Source: Acholeplasmatales bacterium
Lineage (GTDB): Bacteria; Bacillota_I; Bacilli_A; Acholeplasmatales; JAEDCM01
Length of the DNA: 64,000 nucleotides
Direction: 5' to 3'
NCBI GenBank assembly: GCA_017961685.1
Contig: JAGCWW010000084.1
Location: 8,450 to 72,449 of the forward strand
Numbering within the stretch: position 1 is the first letter of the stretch; each line of letters begins with the position of its first letter. Under the pieces are notes generated by a model. That model ran no database searches. It was not told where the DNA came from and saw only the letters and a program-made list of their open reading frames with translations. The position numbers were made by a program, and so were the translations under genes. Shown piece after piece: positions 18,654 through 27,767 of the stretch.

Positions 18654-18992
18654 ATGAATTGTTGTAATCCAGTTATAGCAACTAATGCAGGTGGTATTCC
18701 GTATATTGTTTCCACTAATACTACTATAGGTACAGAAACTATTAATATTGCTCTTGGTGCTCGTAGAATTCAGCCTATTGGATATATGTCAATTATGATA
18801 AGTGATGTTATTCCAGCTGATGCAACTACAACATTACCTGTAAATCTTACGCTTAATGATGTTACCAAAGCATTAACTTTACCTAATGGTACTCCAGTTA
18901 CAGCTGCTGAACTTTTAAATGTTGGTAATATTCTTGTGTTCAATGATAGAACTAGAGGTTTACTTACATTAATGTCTAGAACGATAGCATAA
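18654..18992 (+). CDS. small beta-rich protein, unknown function
   Basis: 112 aa, starting MNCCNPVIATNAGGIPYIV. It appears co-transcribed with 17665..18633. Confidence 0.6.
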   Translation: MNCCNPVIATNAGGIPYIVSTNTTIGTETINIALGARRIQPIGYMSIMISDVIPADATTTLPVNLTLNDVTKALTLPNGTPVTAAELLNVGNILVFNDRTRGLLTLMSRTIA

Positions 18993-19019
18993 AATATTAA
19001 TCATTAAATTATTAAAACT

Positions 19020-19511
19020 ATGTTTTCAAATTTAAGTAAAGGAAATGTTCTATACGGACTTGATAGACGAGATAAAGTTAAATGGTTTACTGCGTCTATA
19101 AAAGAAGTTATTCCTGCGTATGGTAAAAATAATCCAAATATGTTTGGACAAATACCAGAGCTTAGACTTAATATTATAGTGGATATAAATGGCGAACAAA
19201 GAGAGTTCCAACAAGTGCCCAGTAATAATGCTATTGCTGATTTTGGAGATAAAGCCTTTGTAATTGCTGATAATAAAGATTCACTTTACAATTACATTAA
19301 AACTCTTTCTCAACAGAGTGAAGATATTGTTAAAAGTGCTCCTTATCATGAGTCTTTAATTCCCCAGTATAAGAGTGTTATGAATGAACTTATACCTGGT
19401 AGTGCAGGAAGTGATGAAGTTAAAGAACTTAAAAGTGAAGTAGGAAGTCTTAAAGCACAACTCGCTGAAGCTATTGCTTTACTTAAAGAGAAAACATCTA
19501 AAACTGAATAA
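19020..19511 (+). CDS. hypothetical protein
   Basis: 163-aa ATG ORF with a C-terminal coiled coil (VKELKSEVGSLKAQLAEAIALLKEK). Confidence 0.6.
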   Translation: MFSNLSKGNVLYGLDRRDKVKWFTASIKEVIPAYGKNNPNMFGQIPELRLNIIVDINGEQREFQQVPSNNAIADFGDKAFVIADNKDSLYNYIKTLSQQSEDIVKSAPYHESLIPQYKSVMNELIPGSAGSDEVKELKSEVGSLKAQLAEAIALLKEKTSKTE

Positions 19512-19517
19512 ATTATT

Positions 19518-19748
19518 ATGATGGTAGTTAGATTTCGTAGTGAGTCTGAAGGTAAAGACACACTAAAAAAGTTGAAAAAGATGAAGATGTTCATCAAAGA
19601 TATGATTGAGTGCTTTGAAGATAAAATGGAGGCTGAAGAAGATGATGAAGATTATCGTTATGATGAAGATTATGACGATGATGAAATGGAGCACATGAAC
19701 AAACGAAATGCTCGTTATCGCAGAGGTCGTTATCGTAGAAGTATGTAA
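19518..19748 (+). CDS. small acidic protein with Arg-rich tail
   Basis: 76 aa, containing EAEEDDEDYRYDEDYDDDEMEH followed by RNARYRRGRYRRSM. Confidence 0.5.
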   Translation: MMVVRFRSESEGKDTLKKLKKMKMFIKDMIECFEDKMEAEEDDEDYRYDEDYDDDEMEHMNKRNARYRRGRYRRSM

Positions 19749-19760
19749 ATTGTTTAACTA

Positions 19761-19786
19761 ATAGGAGTGGCTTATGTCGCTCCTAT
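19761..19786 (+). terminator. putative terminator hairpin
   Basis: ataggag / ctcctat stem followed by ttaatttc. Confidence 0.45.
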
Positions 19787-19802
19787 TTAATTTCTTATAA
19801 TT

Positions 19803-20213
19803 ATGTCTAGAAGAGAGAACTTTACAGCATATGAAACTATGCCTGAAGATTTAGCTATTTATATGAGCCATAATGGTCCTCATTTTAATAAAGCTGCTTG
19901 TACGTTTGCTGTTGAAAATATGTTTAACGAAGAAGGTGATGCAATTACACCTTATACTAAAAAAGATGTTGAAAATATTTTAAATAGCAACAATGTAAAA
20001 GTTAAAAATACTAAACTTTATGATGCTATTTATGTAGCTAATATGTGCAAAGCCGATTATTTAAATAGTAGTATTACTAGTGAACAATCACTTGCCAAGT
20101 ATATTAAAGATACTTTAGACGATCCTGATGGTTGTGAAGGTCTTACTTTTAATCGTTGGATTGCTGATATGAAATGGCTTGGTGTACCTATTCCATGGGA
20201 TGAGTTTATATGA
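19803..20213 (+). CDS. hypothetical protein
   Basis: 136-aa ATG ORF whose stop overlaps the next start (ATGA). Confidence 0.6.
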   Translation: MSRRENFTAYETMPEDLAIYMSHNGPHFNKAACTFAVENMFNEEGDAITPYTKKDVENILNSNNVKVKNTKLYDAIYVANMCKADYLNSSITSEQSLAKYIKDTLDDPDGCEGLTFNRWIADMKWLGVPIPWDEFI

Positions 20214-20590
20214 TTAAACAAGTGTTTAAAGTTGAACATTATTGGAAGGTTATAGTCTATTATAATATAGATTATAACCTTTTTTATTATATTGAACGAG
20301 ATTTAATTATTGCTAATATATCTAATAAAACTATAAATAATGTGTATAACAACATGGTTACACATAAAGCTAAAGCTGTTACAATTAGTAATATAAAAAA
20401 TCACATTAGTATTGTTCTTTTTAATAATCATAAATCTATATATGATTATATTAATTCTATAGTACATGAAGCAGAACATATAAAACAAGCTATGCTTGAA
20501 TGTTATAATGTTAAAGATATTGGTGAACCTCCAGCATATACTATTGGTTATTTAGCTATGAAAATGTTAATGGTGTTAAAACATTTATAA
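20210..20590 (+). CDS. minimal HExxH (zincin-like) protein
   Basis: 126 aa. HEAEH is encoded at 20465-20479 (SIVHEAEHIKQAM). Confidence 0.45.
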   Translation: MIKQVFKVEHYWKVIVYYNIDYNLFYYIERDLIIANISNKTINNVYNNMVTHKAKAVTISNIKNHISIVLFNNHKSIYDYINSIVHEAEHIKQAMLECYNVKDIGEPPAYTIGYLAMKMLMVLKHL

Positions 20591-20719
20591 ATTTAACTAT
20601 ATTTTTTAATATTTAAAAATCATCATAAAACGATTTTATTTTCAAATAGTTATAATTGTTCACAAGGCTTAAAATAAGCCAAATTTAGCCGATATGAACA
20701 GGAAAAACGGCATAGTCGA

Positions 20720-20751
20720 TTTGCATACTTAGATAAAATGTTTTATCTTTG
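20720..20751 (+). promoter_or_regulatory. Bacteroidota-type promoter (TTTG-N20-TATCTTTG)
   Basis: TTTG at 20720-20723 and TATCTTTG at 20744-20751. This is the best consensus match in the window, about 227 nt upstream of the ATG at 20978. Confidence 0.6.
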
Positions 20752-20821
20752 TCATTGTTAATCATAGTAATAAATATTATATTATTATAATTATTAATAA
20801 ACAAAGAGTTAATTATAAGAA

Positions 20822-20834
20822 CCCCCGTAAAGGA
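20822..20834 (-). repeat. YnTACGn motif copy (intergenic, left member of inverted pair)
   Basis: CCCCCGTAaagga. Confidence 0.9.
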
Positions 20835-20922
20835 CTGTGAATGTTGCTTTTCGTTTTGTTTACAGATTAGTTATGATTATTTTGGTTAATAATGTTTTAT
20901 TTAGTGTATTTATTATCATCCA

Positions 20923-20936
20923 CCTCCTTACGGGGG
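20923..20936 (+). repeat. YnTACGn motif copy (intergenic, right member of inverted pair)
   Basis: cctcctTACGGGGG, followed 7 nt later by ATTAAACTTAAT (20944-20955). Confidence 0.9.
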
Positions 20937-20977
20937 TTTTATAATTAAACTTAATCCTTATAATTTAATATATAAAG

Positions 20978-21664
20978 ATGGCTAGCATTTCTCAAATAGT
21001 TTCTGAATTTGCTCATAGTGTTGGACAACCTAACAATAAAGCACTTAGAGAAAATATTAAATCTTTAATTATTCACACTCGTAATGAAATTATACGAAGA
21101 AGTTATGAGAATCATGGATATATAGATAAAGGTTTAGTTCAAAGATTTAAAGTTAGTTTAATTACAGTAAATGACGGAGAAGTTATATTGCCTGAAGGTA
21201 TAGAAGATACAGACATTGATAAAATTCTTCGTACAGAACAACAAGTTCCAAGACCTGTTAGATTAACTAACAATCTTCCTTTTGATAGAGTTAGTACTGT
21301 TGGGTTTAAAACTAATTTAGAAATTCCATTTATAAAAGAAACTACTGCAAGATTTAGAACTTTTGTTCCTGGTTTAAAAGGACTTCCTTGTTATGATTAT
21401 ATTAACGGGTTTATTTATGTATTTCCAGCAGATAATAGACCTCTTTCTTTTGGTAAACTAGTTATAGAATCTGCTTTTGAAAATCCTACTCCTATAGAAA
21501 TCGCTAATGGTACTATATCAGAGTGGGATTCTTTTATGGATACTAATGAATGGCTTTTATCTGAAGATATGATTGGTCAAATTAAAGATATTATTTATAA
21601 AAGAGATTTACTTAATCAATATAGAGAAACAAATGAAATACCTGCGACTGTAAAATTTAATTAA
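20978..21664 (+). CDS. tail/adaptor-module structural protein, function unknown
   Basis: 228-aa ATG ORF, the first gene after the promoter and leader. Confidence 0.6.
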   Translation: MASISQIVSEFAHSVGQPNNKALRENIKSLIIHTRNEIIRRSYENHGYIDKGLVQRFKVSLITVNDGEVILPEGIEDTDIDKILRTEQQVPRPVRLTNNLPFDRVSTVGFKTNLEIPFIKETTARFRTFVPGLKGLPCYDYINGFIYVFPADNRPLSFGKLVIESAFENPTPIEIANGTISEWDSFMDTNEWLLSEDMIGQIKDIIYKRDLLNQYRETNEIPATVKFN

Positions 21665-21670
21665 TGAATT

Positions 21671-22624
21671 ATGGCACTTAAAGAAACTCCTATAGGTTAT
21701 CGTGTGTATTATAAAAAACTTAGAGAAGATTATACACAAAGAAAAGAAGAGGCTCTTTCTGTTTTAGACGATTTAAAACTTTCTGTAAACGCTTTACATG
21801 AAGATATTAAATCTAATGCAGAACGATACAAAAATGAATTTAATATAAATCTTTTTGACTATAAAGAATTTGTTGAAAATACTTATATAGACGGATTGTT
21901 TATTCGTTTAGCAAAAGGAGCTTTTATTAATCGTAAAGGTAATCATGTTTTAGTAGCTGATTTATTTGATTTATATAATTTAGCTAAAAAACAAAAACAA
22001 ATTTATGATTTAAATGAAGATATAAGATTATATGATAAAATTCTCTTATTAACAATAAAACAATATCATACTATTCTATTAACTTTTTATAATGAAGTAC
22101 ATAAAAAAATGATTATTAAAGGTTATGGGTATGTATTTGAAGGTGATTTAGGTTGGACTTGTATAAATAGATGCAGGCTTAATAAAGTTAAACGACATAT
22201 AGATTTTGCTGCTACAAGAAAAAAGAAAGAAGACATTATTGCTAGAGGTGGAAAACCTTATAATAAAGAAGAAGCAGAATGGTGTGAAAAGAATGGTTTA
22301 CCTTATGATGGTGAACCTTATACTGTTTTACAACATATAGAATCTTGTTATGAAGTTCCTCTTATAGATTGTAAATTACCTAATGGTAGAAAATTTAAAT
22401 TTGAAGCTGCTGATACTAGAGGCTTAGAAGGAAGAGGTAAAACAAATGAAGAACTTAGAGAAATAGCAAAAGATGATCTTGAAGCTATTTGTAATATGCA
22501 AATAGGTCTTAAAACTAAAATAAGTTTATGTAATAATATAGATAAAACTCTTTATACTAATTTTATAAGAAATGAAAATCAAGAACCAATTAACGCTGTC
22601 AAGATTAATAGGAAAAATAGATAA
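21671..22624 (+). CDS. tail-module protein, function unknown
   Basis: 317-aa ATG ORF. Confidence 0.6.
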   Translation: MALKETPIGYRVYYKKLREDYTQRKEEALSVLDDLKLSVNALHEDIKSNAERYKNEFNINLFDYKEFVENTYIDGLFIRLAKGAFINRKGNHVLVADLFDLYNLAKKQKQIYDLNEDIRLYDKILLLTIKQYHTILLTFYNEVHKKMIIKGYGYVFEGDLGWTCINRCRLNKVKRHIDFAATRKKKEDIIARGGKPYNKEEAEWCEKNGLPYDGEPYTVLQHIESCYEVPLIDCKLPNGRKFKFEAADTRGLEGRGKTNEELREIAKDDLEAICNMQIGLKTKISLCNNIDKTLYTNFIRNENQEPINAVKINRKNR

Positions 22625-23312
22625 TGATTTTAATATTAGTGAAAGCGATTGGATACCTAGAGTTGCAGCTTGGGTTACAGATGCTCTTTCACAGATGCAA
22701 ATTCTTCCTATGGAGCGTAAACAAAGAGAATTAGAAGTAAGTGATAAAATTGCTCAATTTCCTTGTTGTATAAATCCTACTGAATTAAAAGTTTTTACTA
22801 CTGATGGTTGTGAAATTCCAGAATTAAATTCTAATAAAGGTTCTTGTGGTTGTGCACTTTATAGTCCAACACAAGAATTTGCTGTTATAGATAATAATGA
22901 TAAAACAGGTTCTAACTATATGAAAATAGTTAGAAATAGACAAGGTTTTAATAGAAATTTTGTTTTAGACGGAAATAAAATTGAACTTAATTTTAACACA
23001 AATAGAATTATTATAGAAAGTTACGAAACTGCTACATATTTTGATGATTATTATCAATGTGAATGTCCTTATATTTATGATAATGGACTTTTACTTGAAG
23101 CTTTAGCTTGGTATTGTTTATTTAAATATCTCAGTAGAGGTAGTAAACATCAAATATATGATTTAAAAAGTCAAAATCCAGCTATTAATCCTTTTATACA
23201 ATGGAATAGTATTAAAAATAAAGCAGCAACATCTGTTAAAATAGAAATTAATAATACTGTTAATGGTTGGAATAATTTCTTTTATAATAGTACATTTTTA
23301 CCTAGAGGATAA
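22572..23312 (+). CDS. tail-module protein, function unknown
   Basis: 246-aa ORF that overlaps the previous gene by 53 nt. The start is uncertain. Confidence 0.55.
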   Translation: MKIKNQLTLSRLIGKIDNDFNISESDWIPRVAAWVTDALSQMQILPMERKQRELEVSDKIAQFPCCINPTELKVFTTDGCEIPELNSNKGSCGCALYSPTQEFAVIDNNDKTGSNYMKIVRNRQGFNRNFVLDGNKIELNFNTNRIIIESYETATYFDDYYQCECPYIYDNGLLLEALAWYCLFKYLSRGSKHQIYDLKSQNPAINPFIQWNSIKNKAATSVKIEINNTVNGWNNFFYNSTFLPRG

Positions 23313-23315
23313 ATT

Positions 23316-26300
23316 ATGGCTCGTATTATTCCGAAATTAAACCTTAATAAAACTCCACAAGTTGTAGATAATAATAGTCTTATATTTGCTAAAAATGTAA
23401 GATTGTTAAAAGACAATACTATAAGTAGAGATAGTGGTATTGATAAAATAGACTTTCCAAGTGATTTAGATGGTTATACTTTAGTTGGATATATTCCTTA
23501 TAATACTAAAGTATATTTATTTTTTTATAATAATACTAACAATTTATCGGTTATCTATGAATATGATGAACAAAAAGAAACTGATAAATTTACAAAATGC
23601 CATACAGGTTGGAAGTATAGTGGAGGAACTATAGAAGGTGTTGTTACTGTTAATTTAAGAAATGACACTCTTATTACTATAACTGAATATTTTGAAAATT
23701 TTGATGAAGAAACTAAACCTTTAATACCTATTAAAACTATAAATTTATCAATATCTACTGATAATGATGATGAATCTATTTATAGCAATGCTCCTATTAT
23801 TCCTGTTTTAAACTTAGTTACAGAAGGAACTTATAATGCTACTATACCTAATGGTGTATATCAATTTTTTGTAAGATATGAAATTGTAAAAGATTATTTT
23901 ACATCATGGTTTCCATGTAGTGAAGAATTGTTTACTGCAAATATTTATCAATCTGATACTACACAAGGTACTGTTAGATATATAAAACCTAATGTAGATA
24001 GTAACGAAAGTTTTGTATTTGCTGTCGACAAGCTTAATAATGATTTTGATACAATTTATAAAGGTTTTCAAATAGGTTATATATTATCACATGACGATAC
24101 AATTAAAGCAAAATCTTGGAAGAAATTTCCAATGACTACTACTAGTATTAAATTTGATTACGATAAAGCTTATACTGAAGACATTGACATATCTGAAATT
24201 ATTAGACCTGTATTAAATCTTTATAATGTTAAAAATATTACTAATTTTAAAAATAAATTTTATATTAGTAATTATATAGAAAGCGATTATAATAAAGATT
24301 TAGCAGAATATGCTAAAAACTGGATAATTCAAGAAGAAGGACAATCTACAGAAGGCATTGGAAGTTATTTATATGATAAAATGGTTGCTAATTATATAAA
24401 TATAGCATACAATACAGATAATATTACAAACTATACAGATATAATACAAAGTTTCGGAGAATATAATACTATTAATTCTATACTTTCCAATAGAGATACA
24501 TTATTAGACAACGGTACTGCATTAGCTCCAGACCCTTGTGAAGAATCTAATTTTCATATATGTACAAGTATACAAACTACAACAGGTCCTGATGGTTGGT
24601 TTGACGATACAGTAGATGATGGAGCTACTGATTATTTAATTGAAGGATGTGATTCTGGTTATACATATAATACTTCTGAAGATTTAGCTGCCGTTAAAAA
24701 TTATGCTATAAATACTCTATATAAATTAACTAATGCTAATGATTCTATATATGTACCTAATAGGTATATTATAGTAAACGAAGAAGATTATAGTACATAT
24801 AGTAGTGCTATAAGTAGTGCAGGTGGCATTAAAGATTGTGATATTTATAGTATTTATTCAGATACACATCCTACTTCTATTTTGATTTCAAATGATTTAA
24901 CTCCAAAGGCTACTTATATATTTAAAAATATTGATGATAGACAGACTTTAGCTAGAGAACAGTTTGGTGGTGTAATACAAGGTTTTGATGTAAATAATCC
25001 AAGTAGTCCTATAGTGAAATATAATGGCTATATTGATGACACTACAGAAGATACTATAGAAAAAACAGAAAAAGCTTTATATTTTAGAGAATATTTTACT
25101 GAATTTAAGATAACAGGAGTTACTGGATATAGTGAATCTCCTAGAAAATATAAGATAAATATTACAAGAAGATATTTATATAAAACATATAGATATAATC
25201 TTATAAATGGTAAAATTGTAAGAGGGAGTAATTTTGAAACAACTAATGTAAAGACATTGATACCCTTTCAGTCTTATAATTTTTATATACATTTTGTAAA
25301 AGATACTGGAGAAATTACAAATGGTTATATAATTAATAATGGTAATTCTTATACTCAAAGATATGACAGTTTTGCGAAAGACCATTATAAGTTATTACCC
25401 AAGTTTGTATATAATAGTGGTAATAGTGATTACACTAATTATACTAATTATAAAAATAAATTAAAACGATACGGATATTCTTATTATTTCTTTAGTATAG
25501 CAAAAGTTGAAAATAGAGTTGTAGAACTTATTAATCCTAAGAACATAGATATGGATTATAAAAAAACTGATGGTGTAACAAATCCTGCTACAGCATTAGC
25601 TTTTGATGCCATTGACGTTGATACATTACAAGTACCTCTTGTTTATAATATTCCTATTTATAAATTAACCAATAGTGACTATAATAAAATCAGTCCATCT
25701 AATATCACAACAAAACTTAATGGACTTTATGTAGATAGCGGACAAGTTGAAGATCAGCTTGTTACTTTATTTGGAGCTTCTGGTAAAGTAGTAGTAAAAG
25801 ATACTTCTGAAGGTGGTGACATACCAGATAGTTATAAATGGTATATAATTCTTCCTACTCAAGCTAATACAGATAATCTTGAATTAATTAAATGTACTAA
25901 ATATTTTAAAATTGCAGATTCTATACAAAATAATAAATTAGAAATTATAGATTATTTTGCTAATTTACAGGATTATATTTGTACTATTTCTAAAAAAGTT
26001 GAAGATGAATATAGTACATTCATTAGCTCTACTGACTATTATGACAAAGATAAAGCGCAAATAAATTCTAATAATTATACTATAACTTTGTCTGAAATAG
26101 AAAGCAAAATGCCATACAGACATAATGATACAATAAAAATTTATTCTAATTTTAATCTTAATTTTCTTGAATTAACTAATGATATTAAGAGACTTGTAAG
26201 AAGATATACAGAATATGAAATAAATTATTATGATTCTGAAACAGGAGATCCTGTATATGTTACAGATGAGAATAATCAAAAAGTTGTTTCTGAAGCTGGT

Positions 26301-27767
26301 CGTCAACTTACTTCCTGTTTTGATTCTTTAACTCTTTCTGATTTATATACATTCCCTTCTATGTTTAAAAATTATACTAGAAGATATTATAGTGTATACG
26401 ATAAAGAAAGCATTGTAGTATATAATAATACATTAAGAGCTTCTGAACTCGAAGGTGATGAAGAAAAAACTTTTGTATATAAATTTTTAGCAGAAGTTAC
26501 TTATAACATTCCTACTGATAAAGGTATAATAACAAATCTTATAAGTGTTGGTGATGCTGTTTTAGTTCACACACAAGATAGTATTTACAAGTTTACAGGT
26601 AAAGTTGCATTAAGTTCTGCTGATACAAATGTACAAACAGTAGAAAGTGATATTTTTGATACTGGTGTTCAAGAAGTTGTTGGTTCTAAATATGGTTTTG
26701 CAGGATTAAAAAATAAACATCATTCTTTATTATCTCAATTTGGTTATATGTTTTGGGATGCAGATGTTAATGTTATTTATGCCTATACCGGTGAAGGTCA
26801 AATGGCTCCAATATCTGACCCAATTAATAAACTTCTTAAATATTTTCCAATAGAAACTATTAATTTCTGTGAAGATTATTATAATGATAGATTTTTTATT
26901 CAAATAACTTATAAACAAGCAATTATTGAAGATAATGTTATTATTGGATATAATTATCCTAAAGTTATTTTAAGTTATAATATTAAAGCTAAATCGTTTG
27001 TAAGTCTCCACGATTTTAGTTTTGAAAAAACATTTAACACAAAAACCAATACATATTTTACACAAATTATAAATGATAAACGAAAACTATATAAACTTAT
27101 AGAAGGTGAAAACAATAATTATGCAGGATATGGAGATTTGCTTACAGTAGATAATATTTATCCTACATTTAAAATTAATACTAAACCTACTAAACCTTGT
27201 GCAGTAATAGATATTATTTATAATAATGATTATGAATTTATTAAAACTCTTGATTCTATTAGTTGGATTTGCAGTGAAATAGATAGTTTACATATTGTTC
27301 CTAATAACAACGGCTATTTATTCTTAGCAGAAGAAGCCCTTGACAGAACATATCCTGGTACACAACTTATGATATATACTGATACTTGTGCTTCTGAATT
27401 ATTAGAAATTATTAAATCTTCTAATGATTATCCTTTTTATAAAAGACTTATTGATAATAATTGGACAGATGTTAAACAAGATGATATATCTCCTAAGAAT
27501 ACAAGTCGTGATGAAACAACTGCTATTTCTACTTCTTATAAATATCCTAGATACAATCTTGGAAAATGGAGTTTTAATTACTTCAGAAACATACTTAATA
27601 ATAAAGATATAAGTATGGCTGAAGCAAATAGAAATTTTGGTAGGTCAGATAATAATAGTCTTATATATGGTAAATACTTTGTATTTAGATTTATTTTTGA
27701 TGTTGATGTAAACTTTAAATTTGAAAATTTGACAATTAATATAAATAATAATTATGGCAATAATTAA
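23316..27767 (+). CDS. large tail (hub/muzzle-like) structural protein
   Basis: 1483-aa ORF rich in N/Y/T. Its position between the tail adaptor genes and the internal-protein genes matches the crAss-like layout. This is inference only. Confidence 0.45.
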   Translation: MARIIPKLNLNKTPQVVDNNSLIFAKNVRLLKDNTISRDSGIDKIDFPSDLDGYTLVGYIPYNTKVYLFFYNNTNNLSVIYEYDEQKETDKFTKCHTGWKYSGGTIEGVVTVNLRNDTLITITEYFENFDEETKPLIPIKTINLSISTDNDDESIYSNAPIIPVLNLVTEGTYNATIPNGVYQFFVRYEIVKDYFTSWFPCSEELFTANIYQSDTTQGTVRYIKPNVDSNESFVFAVDKLNNDFDTIYKGFQIGYILSHDDTIKAKSWKKFPMTTTSIKFDYDKAYTEDIDISEIIRPVLNLYNVKNITNFKNKFYISNYIESDYNKDLAEYAKNWIIQEEGQSTEGIGSYLYDKMVANYINIAYNTDNITNYTDIIQSFGEYNTINSILSNRDTLLDNGTALAPDPCEESNFHICTSIQTTTGPDGWFDDTVDDGATDYLIEGCDSGYTYNTSEDLAAVKNYAINTLYKLTNANDSIYVPNRYIIVNEEDYSTYSSAISSAGGIKDCDIYSIYSDTHPTSILISNDLTPKATYIFKNIDDRQTLAREQFGGVIQGFDVNNPSSPIVKYNGYIDDTTEDTIEKTEKALYFREYFTEFKITGVTGYSESPRKYKINITRRYLYKTYRYNLINGKIVRGSNFETTNVKTLIPFQSYNFYIHFVKDTGEITNGYIINNGNSYTQRYDSFAKDHYKLLPKFVYNSGNSDYTNYTNYKNKLKRYGYSYYFFSIAKVENRVVELINPKNIDMDYKKTDGVTNPATALAFDAIDVDTLQVPLVYNIPIYKLTNSDYNKISPSNITTKLNGLYVDSGQVEDQLVTLFGASGKVVVKDTSEGGDIPDSYKWYIILPTQANTDNLELIKCTKYFKIADSIQNNKLEIIDYFANLQDYICTISKKVEDEYSTFISSTDYYDKDKAQINSNNYTITLSEIESKMPYRHNDTIKIYSNFNLNFLELTNDIKRLVRRYTEYEINYYDSETGDPVYVTDENNQKVVSEAGRQLTSCFDSLTLSDLYTFPSMFKNYTRRYYSVYDKESIVVYNNTLRASELEGDEEKTFVYKFLAEVTYNIPTDKGIITNLISVGDAVLVHTQDSIYKFTGKVALSSADTNVQTVESDIFDTGVQEVVGSKYGFAGLKNKHHSLLSQFGYMFWDADVNVIYAYTGEGQMAPISDPINKLLKYFPIETINFCEDYYNDRFFIQITYKQAIIEDNVIIGYNYPKVILSYNIKAKSFVSLHDFSFEKTFNTKTNTYFTQIINDKRKLYKLIEGENNNYAGYGDLLTVDNIYPTFKINTKPTKPCAVIDIIYNNDYEFIKTLDSISWICSEIDSLHIVPNNNGYLFLAEEALDRTYPGTQLMIYTDTCASELLEIIKSSNDYPFYKRLIDNNWTDVKQDDISPKNTSRDETTAISTSYKYPRYNLGKWSFNYFRNILNNKDISMAEANRNFGRSDNNSLIYGKYFVFRFIFDVDVNFKFENLTININNNYGNN

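Noticed and set aside
20921-20930. CACCTCCTTA, identical to the 3' end of 16S rRNA (anti-SD region); also CCGTAGGGGAA at 45999-46009 resembling a 16S 3'-domain string.
   Set aside because: Other motif copies do not keep these exact strings. Identity to, rather than complementarity with, the anti-SD gives no obvious pairing function. The reverse-orientation purine tracts are only loosely SD-like and are mostly inside ORFs.
20822-20936. The 115-bp units (20822-20936 and 36230-36344) as MITE-like mobile elements with terminal inverted repeats.
   Set aside because: Only the ~13-nt ends are shared and the interiors are unrelated. No target-site duplication is evident. The pair at 55711-55796 has the opposite polarity, and most copies are solitary.
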